Origin: Candidatus Latescibacterota bacterium
Lineage (GTDB): Bacteria; Latescibacterota; UBA2968; GCA-2709665
Reading direction: 5' to 3'
NCBI GenBank assembly: GCA_965237675.1
Contig: OZ250150.1
Location: forward strand, 672,001-736,000
DNA length: 64,000 bases
Position numbers and translations under genes: made by a program. The first letter of the stretch is position 1. The number at the start of each line of letters is the position of its first letter. The notes below the pieces were generated by a model. That model was not told where the DNA came from. It saw only the letters and a list, made by a program, of their open reading frames with translations, and ran no database searches. Of the stretch, positions 9,307 through 19,822 are shown one piece after another.

Positions 9307-9441
9307 GGCTCACTCGATGGTGCACCATCCGCGCAAAGCGGATATGTCGAATGTCGCGGGCACACGCCGCTGTCACAAACCGTTACATTTGCAGGCCGGT
9401 CGAGTGTCGGCGATGGAGGTTTCACAGGGCATGTCCGGACC

Positions 9442-10803
9442 TTACTCCCCACGCATCGACACGCCGCCGCTTCCGATACGCACCAGACATTCGGCCAACG
9501 GCTCGGTGGTCCTCAGATCCGGACAACGCAATATGGTCTCCACCAGGTGTTCTGCGCGGGATCTGCCAACGACCGGATCGATGAGGCGATGGGCTTTCGA
9601 GACGAGGTCGTTGAAGGTGATGCCGCTGTCCGGATCCCCCGGGGCCGGAAGCGGGCCGATTCTGTGTGTCCGCCCGCCCGAGGTGGTTACGATCACCCGC
9701 GCCAGCGCTTCATCCGGGAATCGGGCTTCGACGTCCAGGGCGACGGTCATTTCAATCCGGTCGGAAAGGGCCAGTACCTTTGCATCGTTCAAGCCCGAAT
9801 CGACGATTTCAGGTACCCCGACCCTGCCGTGGACAAGAGCGCAGGCAACCGGGTAGGGCAGGCTGTATTGAGCCTCTTCGGTGTTGGCCGGCCGGCGGGT
9901 CCCCAGATGAGTCGCCGCTTCGAAGGTTTCGATCTTGACCGAGACGAGGTTTTCAGGTGTCAGGTTGTGCCTGGTGCGGAGTTCGATCGCGCCCGCGATG
10001 GCGGGTTGCGCCCAACGGCAGCACGGATGGAATTTGTAATAGACCCTTTCAATCCACCAGTCGGACCCAAGGGTTTGCATCGATGCGTGGTACTCGTCCG
10101 CATATAGAGTCGAGCGCATGCCCGTGAAACCGCGGGTCCCGAGTTGAGCGGCGGTGAGGCCCACAAAGGCGCCCCAGTGGATGCCGTCTTTGACCATGGC
10201 CGGATGACGCACACAATCCATTATTGGCGCGTGGTATTCGGCAATGCCAAGCGCGTTTTCCGCTTTCCGGGGTTCGAGATCCAGCAGATGGACACATGCG
10301 GCGGCGGCGCCGAGGCTGCCCCAGGAACCCGAGCCGTGGTAGCTCGGTCCCCGGTGGGGGTGGTCGTGCCATATCGCACCGGCGCGCATGGCGATTTCGT
10401 AGCCGATGGCCACGGCCTCGAGAAACCTGGCGCCCGATGCGTTTTCGGCCTGTGCCATCGCAAGCGCCGCCGGGATGATGACGGCGCCCGGATGACCCTT
10501 CGCCGGGCGGAACCCGTCGTCGACGTCCAGCGCGTTGGCGGCGCACGCGTTTGCCAGGGCGGCGCCGGGGGCACTGCATATTTTGCCTCTGCCCGCTACA
10601 GTGGCTTCACTTCCCGGAAAGGTCGCGGTGGCGTAGTCCGCCACAATATTCGCCGCGGACGTGGGCAGGCCTGCAATGGTTGCGGCAAACAGGTCCAGCA
10701 GGTTCTTGTTGAGTTGCGTCCGGACGACTTCCGGAAGATCGCCGTATCGGGCGTGTGAGATGAAACCGTTTATCGGGTGCACGTGGGGATTTGAAATGTC
10801 CAT
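9442..10803 (-). CDS. MmgE/PrpD family protein
   Basis: ANALDVDDG..GHPG, AIGYEI, HGSG and YKFHPCCRW. Confidence 0.88.
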   Translation of the reverse strand: MDISNPHVHPINGFISHARYGDLPEVVRTQLNKNLLDLFAATIAGLPTSAANIVADYATATFPGSEATVAGRGKICSAPGAALANACAANALDVDDGFRPAKGHPGAVIIPAALAMAQAENASGARFLEAVAIGYEIAMRAGAIWHDHPHRGPSYHGSGSWGSLGAAAACVHLLDLEPRKAENALGIAEYHAPIMDCVRHPAMVKDGIHWGAFVGLTAAQLGTRGFTGMRSTLYADEYHASMQTLGSDWWIERVYYKFHPCCRWAQPAIAGAIELRTRHNLTPENLVSVKIETFEAATHLGTRRPANTEEAQYSLPYPVACALVHGRVGVPEIVDSGLNDAKVLALSDRIEMTVALDVEARFPDEALARVIVTTSGGRTHRIGPLPAPGDPDSGITFNDLVSKAHRLIDPVVGRSRAEHLVETILRCPDLRTTEPLAECLVRIGSGGVSMRGE

Positions 10804-10860
10804 CCGGGATCATGGCTTTACCGCAATCGACCGAAACCAATATAGATCCAGGTCGCCGCT

Positions 10861-11775
10861 TCATTCCATGAGGATCTGTTTCTCGATGTTCAGTCCGACC
10901 CGGTTGCTCCAGGCAAGCAGCATATCTCTGTAAAGCGGGCCCGGCTTACCGCTGCCAACGGGTATGTTGTTGAATTTCGTACAGGGGGCGATGCAATATG
11001 GCGTGGTGGTCAGCCAGGCCTCGTCGGCATTCGCGACGTCGTAAGGTTGGAGGTCTTTTTCGATCCAGTTGAGACCGAGTTCGGCTGCCAGCTCTTTGAC
11101 GGTGAGCAGGCTGACACCCTGGAGTATGTTGCGCGTGGTGGGGGAGTAGATCGTGCGGTCAACCACGATGACAAAGTTGGATCCCGCACATTCCGTGATG
11201 TTGCCGTCCAGGTCGAGAAGCAGCGTGATGGCATTCGGGTCTACCGCGTGCGTTTGCTGGTCAGCCAGCCACCAGTGAAGACGTGACCGGTTTTTGGTTT
11301 TTGGATCCAGACATTGGGGTGGCACATGCCTTAAGGCCGGTGTGACAACGTGAGCGCCATCCTTGAAAAGATGACGCCAGACACGGAAGGGCAGGGGAAA
11401 CGAGTGGATACAGACGGTTGGTGTGAGGCGCACACTTCCCGCGGCGCTTCCGGCATAGATTTCGTTTTCTCCCGGGGTAATGAAGTGAACGATGCCCAGG
11501 TCGGTTTCGGGTGCGATCAATGCACGGTTTGTCTCGATGAGTTCCAGGGTTTTGACACGCATCTCGTTCCGCGTGAGCTGTGGATGAATGCCGGCGTATT
11601 TGCACGATCTGTAAAGCCGGTCCAGGTGATCGTGAAGGCGGAACGGAGCGTGGGCGAATGTGCGGGTCATTTCGGTGAGGGTGGCGCCCAGAATAATGCC
11701 CAGGTCGTAAATATTAATGGCGGCCCGGGAGGCGGGCACAAATTCACCGTTGAGGTAGACAATGGGTTCGGTCAT
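10861..11775 (-). CDS. class IV PLP aminotransferase (IlvE/Dat/PabC-like)
   Basis: YLNGEFVP, FRLHDHLDRL, conserved Lys in PKTKNRSR, ECAGSNF, ILQGVS and ADEAW. Confidence 0.88.
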   Translation of the reverse strand: MTEPIVYLNGEFVPASRAAINIYDLGIILGATLTEMTRTFAHAPFRLHDHLDRLYRSCKYAGIHPQLTRNEMRVKTLELIETNRALIAPETDLGIVHFITPGENEIYAGSAAGSVRLTPTVCIHSFPLPFRVWRHLFKDGAHVVTPALRHVPPQCLDPKTKNRSRLHWWLADQQTHAVDPNAITLLLDLDGNITECAGSNFVIVVDRTIYSPTTRNILQGVSLLTVKELAAELGLNWIEKDLQPYDVANADEAWLTTTPYCIAPCTKFNNIPVGSGKPGPLYRDMLLAWSNRVGLNIEKQILME

Positions 11776-12107
11776 GCGTTAGCTCTATCCGACAAGGTGT
11801 CGACACGCCTCGGACGCCCGGGATTTTGCCTGGTTTACAGCCTCCACCACGGCGGCGTTCAGTTCCTCGAGGTAAAGCCGGTCGTACGGCAGGTAGTCGC
11901 CATAGACCCAGTATCCGGACGCCGCACATTTCGTACATAATATACCGGATGAACAATGTCAAGACAAACGGAAAGGGATTTCGCGGGGCTGCGAGGGGAA
12001 GACCCGCTTCACGGTTGAGGGACGGTTACATCCTCAGGTCGTCTTCGTGACGCCGCGCCATCGATGACGGCCTTCCTACGGGCGCCGCCTCGGCCGTCGG
12101 CCGGGGT

Positions 12108-13643
12108 TCACATCCACAGATTCCGATCCAGACTGCGATACTGGATGGCCTCCCCCACGTGTTGAGGTTTGATTTCGGGTTCTTCTTCGAGGTCGGCGAT
12201 AGTGCGGCTGACTTTCAGAATGCGGTCGTATGCGCGTGCGGACAGACCAAGTTTTGTGATTGCCATTTTGAGCAGTTCTGCGCCTTTGCCGTCGATTCGG
12301 CAATACTCCCGGATTTCTGCTGGACCCATGTGCGCATTGCAGAAAAGGTGTTGTTTCTCCCGGAAGCGATGGAGTTGCACCTGGCGGGCTGCATTGACCC
12401 CTTCGCGAATGGCATCGGACGTTTCTCCGCCAGGTTCATCGGCAAGCTCAGCGTAGTCGACCCCGGGCACCTCGATGTGTATGTCGATCCGGTCGAGGAG
12501 TGGACCGGAGATTCGCGCCATATACCGCTGGATGATCGGCGGGGAACATGTGCATTCGTTCTTGGGATCTCCGAAGTATCCGCAGGGGCAGGGGTTCAGG
12601 GCGCAGGCAAGCATGAATTGGGCAGGATAGGTCAGAGAGATCATCGCGCGGGCGATGGTGACAAATCCGTCCTCGAGAGGTTGGCGCAGAACCTCGAGGA
12701 CATGCTTTTTGAACTCCGGGAGTTCGTCCAGGAAAAGTACGCCGTGGTGTGCGAGGGAGACCTCGCCCGGTCGAGGGTGACGTCCGCCGCCGATCAGGCC
12801 GGCGTCCGAGATGGTGTGGTGAGGGGAACGAAACGGTCGGTTGGCCACCAGGGTGGTATCCGGAGGCAACAGACCAGCCACCGAATGGATTTTGGTGGCT
12901 TCGAGGGCTTCATCCCGGGTCAGGTCGGGCAGAATGGTGGGCAGGCGGCGGGTGAGCATCGTTTTGCCGGAACCGGGCGGGCCGATCATGATAATGTTGT
13001 GACCGCCGCTGGCAGCCACCTCCAGCGCACGCTTTGCGTGCACCTGGCCCCGGACGTCGCGGAAATCGATACGGTAGTCCAGAGCCTGGCTGAAGATCTC
13101 GTCGATATCGACCTGGAGTGACGGCACGGCTCGATACCCTTCGAGGAAGTCCAGTGTCTCCATCAGGTCCCCGACCGGATGGACATCGATACCACCCGCG
13201 ATGGCTGCCTCACGGGCATTTTCACGAGGAAGTATGATTCCCTTGAGACCTTCCCGGCGGGTTTCGACCGCCATCGGCAGGACCCCTCGAACGGGCCGGA
13301 CCGCCCCGTCAAGAGCGAGTTCGCCAAAAATCGAGTATTGGGAGAGGATTTCAGGAGAGATGTCACCGGAAGCGGCCAGGATGCCCACCGCAATCGGCAG
13401 GTCGAAGGCCGAGCCTTCCTTACGGATATCCGCTGGGGCGAGATTGACGGTGACGCGTCGATTTGGAAAGGACCGACCCGTGTTCTTTATGGCGGCGGTC
13501 ACGCGATCCCGGCTTTCTTTGACGGCGTTGTCCGGCAGACCTACCACGGAGAAAGCGGGCACCTGATAATCCAGATCGGTCTCTATACGTACGATATAGG
13601 CGTCAATACCCAGAGTGGCGCAGCTCAACACGCGGGACATCAT
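12108..13643 (-). CDS. comM: YifB/ComM Mg-chelatase-like AAA+ ATPase
   Basis: VGLPDNAVKESRDRV, NLAPADIRKEGSAFDLPIA, GPPGSGKT, GEVSLAHHGVLFLDE and NPCPCG. RBS GAGGAGG. Confidence 0.95.
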   Translation of the reverse strand: MMSRVLSCATLGIDAYIVRIETDLDYQVPAFSVVGLPDNAVKESRDRVTAAIKNTGRSFPNRRVTVNLAPADIRKEGSAFDLPIAVGILAASGDISPEILSQYSIFGELALDGAVRPVRGVLPMAVETRREGLKGIILPRENAREAAIAGGIDVHPVGDLMETLDFLEGYRAVPSLQVDIDEIFSQALDYRIDFRDVRGQVHAKRALEVAASGGHNIIMIGPPGSGKTMLTRRLPTILPDLTRDEALEATKIHSVAGLLPPDTTLVANRPFRSPHHTISDAGLIGGGRHPRPGEVSLAHHGVLFLDELPEFKKHVLEVLRQPLEDGFVTIARAMISLTYPAQFMLACALNPCPCGYFGDPKNECTCSPPIIQRYMARISGPLLDRIDIHIEVPGVDYAELADEPGGETSDAIREGVNAARQVQLHRFREKQHLFCNAHMGPAEIREYCRIDGKGAELLKMAITKLGLSARAYDRILKVSRTIADLEEEPEIKPQHVGEAIQYRSLDRNLWM

Positions 13644-13919
13644 ACAGTCCTCCTCAGATCCTGTCAGGAACGCCATTGAACCCCGAAGAAGCGTGCCGTC
13701 TTTCAAGGAATCCGTTGTTGGCGAAGGCAATCGCTGACGGCACATGAGAACGCAATAGATGTGCCAGAGAAACCACATGTACCTAATATGCTGTCCGGAA
13801 ATGAGATAGATCTCGGGAAAGGAGGATTGGAGAGACCCGTGTGAAAGGGATGTTCAATATTCGGAGAGAGGATTAAACAATGTGGCAATCCGGTTGGCGG
13901 GAGCCATCCCGGGGGACCC

Positions 13920-15098
13920 CTAAAGAGGCTGGTCCGGGTTTACATCGGTCGCATAGTCGACCTCGGGAAGGCCGAAGCCGAAGAGCTTGAGGAATTCCTT
14001 GCGATAGCCCTGCAGATCCGAAATCGCTTCCAGGTTTTCTGTCGTTGCGGATTCCCAAAGGGAAGAGATGCGGGACTGTACGTCTTCTCTGGTTTCCAGG
14101 TTATCGATGCGGATGCGCCCGCCCTCGTCGGTGGGGACCGGCGGTGCGGCATAGACCCGATCCTTCAGGAGCCGGTACATCTGTTGTATACATCCTTCGT
14201 GAATGTTCTTCTCCTTCATAACCTTGTAAAGCAGCGAAATGTAGAGGGGTACCACCGGAATCGCCGCACTGGACTGGGTGACCACGGCCTTGTTTGCGGA
14301 GACGTACGCGCTTCCGTTTCTCTTCTTCAGACGGGCGTCCAATTTCCGAGCCGTGGCTTCAAGGTGAATTTTCGCTTTCCCGATGGTGCCGTCTCCGTAG
14401 ATCGGTTGGGTCAGGTCCGGACCGATATAGGTGAAGGCGACCGTCCGCACACCCTCGGAAAGCACGTCCGCTGCTTCGAGAGCCCGGATCCACAGCTCCC
14501 AATCTTCTCCACCCATCACGGCAACGGTATCGTCGATCTCGATGTCGCTGGCCGGTTCTATGGTAACCTCCGAGACGACCCCCGTGTGGATATCGACCGT
14601 TTTGCCCGTGTAGGGTGCGCCCACAGGTTTCAATACGGAGGTGTATTGGGCTCCGGTTTGGGGATGGGTACGCCGTGGCGACGCCAGGCTGTAGACGACG
14701 AGATCGACGTCTCCCAGGTTGTTTTTGATGGCCGAAACGGTTTGCTGCTTGATGTCATCGGAAAACGCGTCGCCATTGATGCTTCTTGAAAAACAGCCCG
14801 CGTCTTTTCCGGCTCTTTCGAAGGCGACCGAATTGTACCATCCCGCTGTGGCCGTGCGGTTCCTCAGGGCCGGTTTTTCAAAGAAAACACCCACGGTCTG
14901 AGCGCCTCCACCGAAGCACGCTGCAATTCGAGAAGCCAGCCCGTAACCCGTCGACGCACCGATAACCAGCACATTCCGGACGCCTTTCAGGGGCGGCTGT
15001 TTCCTCACCCAGTCGATCTGTTCGTGTACACTATGCGCACATCCGACGGGGTGCGCGGTTGTGCATATGAATCCGCGAATTCTGGGTTTGACAATCAT
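13920..15098 (-). CDS. fabV: enoyl-ACP reductase FabV / trans-2-enoyl-CoA reductase
   Basis: PRIRGFICTTAHPVGC, GASTGYGLASRI, TAGWYN, VMGGEDW, YIGP and HEGCI. Confidence 0.95.
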   Translation of the reverse strand: MIVKPRIRGFICTTAHPVGCAHSVHEQIDWVRKQPPLKGVRNVLVIGASTGYGLASRIAACFGGGAQTVGVFFEKPALRNRTATAGWYNSVAFERAGKDAGCFSRSINGDAFSDDIKQQTVSAIKNNLGDVDLVVYSLASPRRTHPQTGAQYTSVLKPVGAPYTGKTVDIHTGVVSEVTIEPASDIEIDDTVAVMGGEDWELWIRALEAADVLSEGVRTVAFTYIGPDLTQPIYGDGTIGKAKIHLEATARKLDARLKKRNGSAYVSANKAVVTQSSAAIPVVPLYISLLYKVMKEKNIHEGCIQQMYRLLKDRVYAAPPVPTDEGGRIRIDNLETREDVQSRISSLWESATTENLEAISDLQGYRKEFLKLFGFGLPEVDYATDVNPDQPL

Positions 15099-15235
15099 GT
15101 AGCGGCGTCCTTTCACAAAAAACCAGGACTTATGTGGCGTGTTCCGCTTGAGTGTTGTTTCCAGTTTTCGTCCTGACGCTGACTGCGTATTTCATGAAGC
15201 CCTGCGCTTGCCGCCTCCGCGAAAGCGTGGAGATA

Positions 15236-16654
15236 TCACGTTGCATCCACTGGTTCGGCGGCGGGTATTGCCTCTGCCCAGGGCATGAGCGATTCAAAGG
15301 CGGCGGAGGCGCGCAATACGCCCACATCGTCGCGCCAGCGCCCGACAATCTGCAGTCCAATCGGCAATCCGTTCCGGGCAAAGCCGGCCGGAACGGTGGC
15401 CGCCGGCTGGCCCGTGATGTTAAACGGATACGTGAAAGCGGTCCAGCCAAGATAGCTGGTCGGGTGGCCTGCGATGTCACCTGGATGGTCAAACCCGGTG
15501 GTAAAGGCTGTAACCGGGAGTGTCGGGGTGAGAAACAGGTCGTAACGGCCCATGAATTCACGCCAGCCGTGGTAGTAGTCGTTGCGCCGTGCGTAGGCGG
15601 AGGCCAGTTCGGCGCCGGAGACGCACTGGCCCCTTTCGATCACGTCGACAAGACCGGCGTCCATCCGGCCGTGGACGTCGTCCAGGTTGTCCTTGAACAC
15701 GCCCGCGAATGACGCGGACCAGATCGTGTCTGCAATATCCCAGGGGTCGGGCAGTCCGGGATGGGCCTCTTCGACGGTACAACCGAGATCTTGAATCCGC
15801 GCTGCCGCCGCGGTCGCGATCGTTCGGACTTCGGGATCGATCCGGGCGTACCCGAGGTCGGGAGACCAGGCAATATGCAGGTCGGCGATATCGCCTTCCA
15901 TTTCGCTGAGGTAGTCGGTGGAATCGGGCAGCGAGAGGCGGTCCATGTGGTGGGCGCCAGCCATGACCGTGAGCATCATCGCGGCATCCTTCACCGTGCG
16001 GGTAATGGGACCCGCGTGGGAGAGCAATTCGACCACACTGGCCGGGTACTGTGGAACCCGCCCCCAGGACGGTTTGAGTCCGTAAAGGCCACAGAAACTG
16101 GACGGGATACGGATGGAGCCGGCGCCGTCCGTTCCCTGGGCGAGCGGTCCCATGCCCAGGGCGACGGCGGCCGCCGCGCCTCCGCTGGATCCGCCGGCCG
16201 TCCGACCGTACATCCAGGGATTGTGTACCGGGCCGTTGACGCGGTTTCCGGAGTCTCCCTTCCAGCCCAGTTCAGGGGTGGTGGTTTTTCCAAGAAGGAC
16301 CATCCCGGCGCTGGAGAGGCGTTCCGCAAGCGGTGCGTCGTAATCCGGTATCCAGTTGCTATAGAGCAGGGACCCACGGGCGGTGCGGATGCCCTTTGTG
16401 GGGGTGAGATCCTTTAGCGAACCGGGGATACCGGTCAGAATTCCGGTTTCTCCCCTGATATACGCACGTTCGGCGCGTCTTGCCTGTTCGAGGGCGAGGT
16501 CGTGAGTGACGGTGACGTACGGGTTGAACGTAGGATTAAGCCCTTCAATCCGGCGCAACAGCGCTTTCGTGACTTCGACGGGCGAGAGTTCGCGCTTTCG
16601 ATACAGGCTGCGAAGTTCAACTGCCGAAAGATAGCAAAGATCGGCTGAATTCAT
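15236..16654 (-). CDS. amidase signature family enzyme
   Basis: KDL, GKTTTPE, GGSSGGAAAA, GTDGAGSIRIPSSFCG and FTYPFNITGQPA. Confidence 0.93.
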   Translation of the reverse strand: MNSADLCYLSAVELRSLYRKRELSPVEVTKALLRRIEGLNPTFNPYVTVTHDLALEQARRAERAYIRGETGILTGIPGSLKDLTPTKGIRTARGSLLYSNWIPDYDAPLAERLSSAGMVLLGKTTTPELGWKGDSGNRVNGPVHNPWMYGRTAGGSSGGAAAAVALGMGPLAQGTDGAGSIRIPSSFCGLYGLKPSWGRVPQYPASVVELLSHAGPITRTVKDAAMMLTVMAGAHHMDRLSLPDSTDYLSEMEGDIADLHIAWSPDLGYARIDPEVRTIATAAAARIQDLGCTVEEAHPGLPDPWDIADTIWSASFAGVFKDNLDDVHGRMDAGLVDVIERGQCVSGAELASAYARRNDYYHGWREFMGRYDLFLTPTLPVTAFTTGFDHPGDIAGHPTSYLGWTAFTYPFNITGQPAATVPAGFARNGLPIGLQIVGRWRDDVGVLRASAAFESLMPWAEAIPAAEPVDAT

Positions 16655-17000
16655 CGTTCCGCTCCGGGTTGATGCCGACCCGCGTCCGGGGTTGACTGCG
16701 TTGAAGAGACGGGATGGCCCAGAAGCGTCAGTAACTGCGCGACCAGGCGGTATGAAATGCCCCAGAGTACACGCCGGCCGGAACCCGCCAGATCGATAGC
16801 CGGAAAGCGACGTTCCGCGTTCTCGATCCGGAAACTGCGCTCACGATGGCGTCTGGCGTCGACGAGTTCGCGCAACCGGACCCAGAAGGCGTCTTTCACT
16901 TCGTCATTTGGCAGAAACGGACCGTAAGTGCTGACGTTGTATACGAACCCCGAGACCAGAACCGGAAGGGTGGCGCCGGTTAGAACGTCATTTACCGGCT
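16651..17000 (-). pseudogene. C-terminal half of a CoA pyrophosphatase-like Nudix hydrolase
   Basis: LPVLVSGFVY..PNDEVKDAFWV.L.EL..FPAI..VLWGISYRLV. No Nudix box is visible upstream. Confidence 0.5.
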
Positions 17001-17113
17001 GCTGAGGGACCCGGTCGCCGGCTATGGGGACAGATTTCCGAGATTCCGAAGCGCCGCCGCGGTCGCGATTGCGGCGCACCTGCAGGTGTGGTTGGGTATC
17101 ACTGGCCTTCCCG

Positions 17114-17551
17114 TCACCTGGCTGGCTTATATTTCTGATATTGGTTGACGATCAGAAATCCCAGGCCAAGACCGGCAATGACCAGCACCGGAATGCGATA
17201 AATGTTGACCACATCGTACCTGAACACGGCTCCCGAGGCGCCGGCGGAAACGATCAGAAACGACAGGATGATAAGCGGTTTACAGATCGCCTGCGGTACA
17301 AACGCCGCCGTTACGATAGACAGGAGCGCCGAGTGGAAGATGAAGAATCCGGCGTAGCCGTTCCGGACGGCCATCGCGATCTGCCAATCGTACCGGCAGG
17401 CCCAGACCAGATAAACGTGGGCGACGACAACGAGCGCAACCAGGGCGATGGCCGGGCGCTTGCAGGAACCCCTGGTAACGAGTACCATATTCACCGAAAG
17501 GCCGAGATAACCCAGAAAAGCCAGAAGAAACGTGAAGTTTTCGAGCGTCAA
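17114..17551 (-). CDS. hypothetical multi-pass membrane protein
   Basis: 145 aa with about 5 hydrophobic segments; TTG start is uncertain. Confidence 0.65.
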   Translation of the reverse strand: MTLENFTFLLAFLGYLGLSVNMVLVTRGSCKRPAIALVALVVVAHVYLVWACRYDWQIAMAVRNGYAGFFIFHSALLSIVTAAFVPQAICKPLIILSFLIVSAGASGAVFRYDVVNIYRIPVLVIAGLGLGFLIVNQYQKYKPAR

Positions 17552-17770
17552 GATAAGGTCGTTTTCGGCGACGTAGAGCGTGCCGTGGATGAAAGAACCG
17601 GTGGACAGCAGGCCAATAAAATGGGCAAAAAACCGGGATCGGGAATTTGCCCATGAAAACGTTCAGGCCCCTGGTCGAAGAGGGCGCCTGCCGCGTTTAT
17701 CCTGGAGAGTGCCAACAGATGCGGCATCAGCCGCCGGGGATTCTCACGCCGGACTATCTCCGCCTTACTC

Positions 17771-18985
17771 TTACTCTCCGGTATCGACCGGGTTTTTGAT
17801 CCGATCGATCTTATCCTCGCAGTACTTTTTCCATTTACGGGCTCTAAGTCCTTTTTCGTAGCTCCGTATTGCTTTCTCTTTCCAACCCTGCGGTCGCCAG
17901 GCGTCGTATACATCGCCGATAATGACGTATGCCGGAACTCCAAACTTTCGGCTAGAGACGGCTCTTCGGGCGAGATTCAGGGCGTTCTGGTATTGTTTGA
18001 GTTCGAAATAGGCGACCGCCGCCCGGTACTGGGTTTCACTGTCTCTGGAGTTCAGCGCGAGCGCCTGCTTGTATGCGGAGACGGCACTCTTGTAGTTCTT
18101 CCTGAGTGCATGGGAGTGTCCCAGTGCTGTATAGATCTTGACCTTGTCTTTCCCGGTAGGCGCCACGGCAACGGCTTTTCTGAGCGTGACGACTGCTTTT
18201 GAATATTGTTTCGTGCGATTGTAAACCAGGGCCAGGCTTCGATAGGCGTTGATATTGTTCTTGTCTTTGCAATTCGGATCGCTATCGATCGCCCGGTTGT
18301 AACTCCGGATCGCCCTGCTGTTTTTCTTGGTAATCCGAGACAGGTCCCCCAGTTGCCGATGGGCCCTGGCGTATTTCGGGTTGAGTTCTACGGCCGTAGT
18401 GAAAGCGTTCTTCGCCTGTTTGTACTTCCGGGCTTGTCTGGCGGCTAACCCCAAATTGTAGTAATTGGTAGCGTCCGTGGGATCGAGTTGGGTGGCATTT
18501 TCGTACTCTTCAATCGCCTTTCTGTAGTTCTTGCGGTACAAAAACGCCATGCCCTGCTTTGCATAGGCCGCTTTCAGGAGTCTCCGGGTATTGCCGTCCT
18601 GAAAGTTGGGGTCCAGGTTCAGGACCTGGTTAAAGACCGCCTGCGCATCCTTGTATTTTTTCAGGTTGAAATACATGTTGCCCAGTTCATAATGGGCTTC
18701 GACGTAGTCCGATTTGACCGAAACGGCTAACCTGAAATTGCCGATGGCTTTGTCATTATCTTTGAGCTTCTGATAAGTCTTTGCCATCCCGCGATACGCC
18801 TGGGCGTTGTTGCCATCCAGTTTGACAGCTTCTTCGAACGCCTGAAGGGCTTGCTGATAACGCCTTTTCTCGAAGAGGGCCTGACCGGCGTTGTATTTTT
18901 CCGCCGATTCGGGAGACACTTGAGCCCATGCCGGCTGGCAAAATAGAAGACATAAAAGCAGGAGTAAAGACTGTCGGCAACGCAT
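17771..18985 (-). CDS. secreted tetratricopeptide repeat protein
   Basis: Signal peptide (LLLLLCLLFCQPAWA) and repeated A..F..A..LDP..A.AY..LG units. Confidence 0.9.
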   Translation of the reverse strand: MRCRQSLLLLLCLLFCQPAWAQVSPESAEKYNAGQALFEKRRYQQALQAFEEAVKLDGNNAQAYRGMAKTYQKLKDNDKAIGNFRLAVSVKSDYVEAHYELGNMYFNLKKYKDAQAVFNQVLNLDPNFQDGNTRRLLKAAYAKQGMAFLYRKNYRKAIEEYENATQLDPTDATNYYNLGLAARQARKYKQAKNAFTTAVELNPKYARAHRQLGDLSRITKKNSRAIRSYNRAIDSDPNCKDKNNINAYRSLALVYNRTKQYSKAVVTLRKAVAVAPTGKDKVKIYTALGHSHALRKNYKSAVSAYKQALALNSRDSETQYRAAVAYFELKQYQNALNLARRAVSSRKFGVPAYVIIGDVYDAWRPQGWKEKAIRSYEKGLRARKWKKYCEDKIDRIKNPVDTGE

Positions 18986-19040
18986 ATCCGGTGATCCTCT
19001 CGAAAATGCTGGTTAACATGAACGCAATTTATAGACGAAT

Positions 19041-19069
19041 AATATTGCCAAATTCGGGTATGATGTCAA
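19041..19069 (-). promoter_or_regulatory. sigma70-like promoter for the TPR gene
   Basis: TTGACA-17 bp-AATATT on the minus strand. Confidence 0.45.
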
Positions 19070-19145
19070 CCGTTTTAGACATGCGGAAAGGCCACCACCG
19101 GTTGCGTGATGGCCTCTGCGGAGAAAAAAATCCCCTGGTTCAGGT

Positions 19146-19817
19146 TCAATCGTGCAGCTTGAAGCGGATGCGCTGGGTCATCCAGACATTCACGGGTTTG
19201 TCGTTCTGTATGGCTGGCTTGAATACGAATTGTCTAACGGCATCGATGGCCGCCCGCCTGAAAATTTCCTGGCCCTTCAACACCCGAACCTTGTCCGTCC
19301 GACCATCTCTGCGCACCATAAACTTCACGAAAACATTGCCCTCCAACCCCGCCTTGCGCGCAATTTCGGGGTATTCGGGGCTGACTGCCTTGATCTGCAC
19401 CGGTTTTTCCTCCACGCTCCAGAACTCCATCACTTCTTCTTCCATCGGCGCTTCGGTAGCACCCGGGGGAGGGGGCGGCAGATCTACGGGTGCCTGATCC
19501 AGGTCGAGATCGGTCGTTTCGATGGTCACGTCGTCGGGAACGTCGTCACTTTCGGTTTCAACCGGCATTGCGGGCCTCGGCGGAGGGGGCGGACGCTGTA
19601 TCTGACGCGTCTCCGGAATATTCTCCATCTGGATGATGATCTGGTCCTTTTTGCCCGCGGATGCCCGTATATCGAACGTGGGAAAAACGATAGCCATGAA
19701 AAGGTGCAGGGCGCAGGAGATACCGACCGACGACCAGAAGACTTTGGGATAGCGCCTTCTGAGGTCGTGTTCAGGGTATTTACTGCGGACGATATCCTTC
19801 CCTTTGATATAGGCCAT
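19146..19817 (-). CDS. tonB: TonB family energy transducer
   Basis: N-terminal TM, Pro-rich linker, and C-terminal PEYPEIARKAGLEGNVFVKFMV..FKPA..KPV. Confidence 0.92.
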   Translation of the reverse strand: MAYIKGKDIVRSKYPEHDLRRRYPKVFWSSVGISCALHLFMAIVFPTFDIRASAGKKDQIIIQMENIPETRQIQRPPPPPRPAMPVETESDDVPDDVTIETTDLDLDQAPVDLPPPPPGATEAPMEEEVMEFWSVEEKPVQIKAVSPEYPEIARKAGLEGNVFVKFMVRRDGRTDKVRVLKGQEIFRRAAIDAVRQFVFKPAIQNDKPVNVWMTQRIRFKLHD

Positions 19818-19822
19818 ATTCG

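Noticed and set aside
8500-10107. 535-aa plus-strand ORF and similar long ORFs (for example 35193-36209, 46866-48083, 57564-58769)
   Set aside because: Antisense shadows of well-supported genes in GC-rich DNA, with no recognisable motifs
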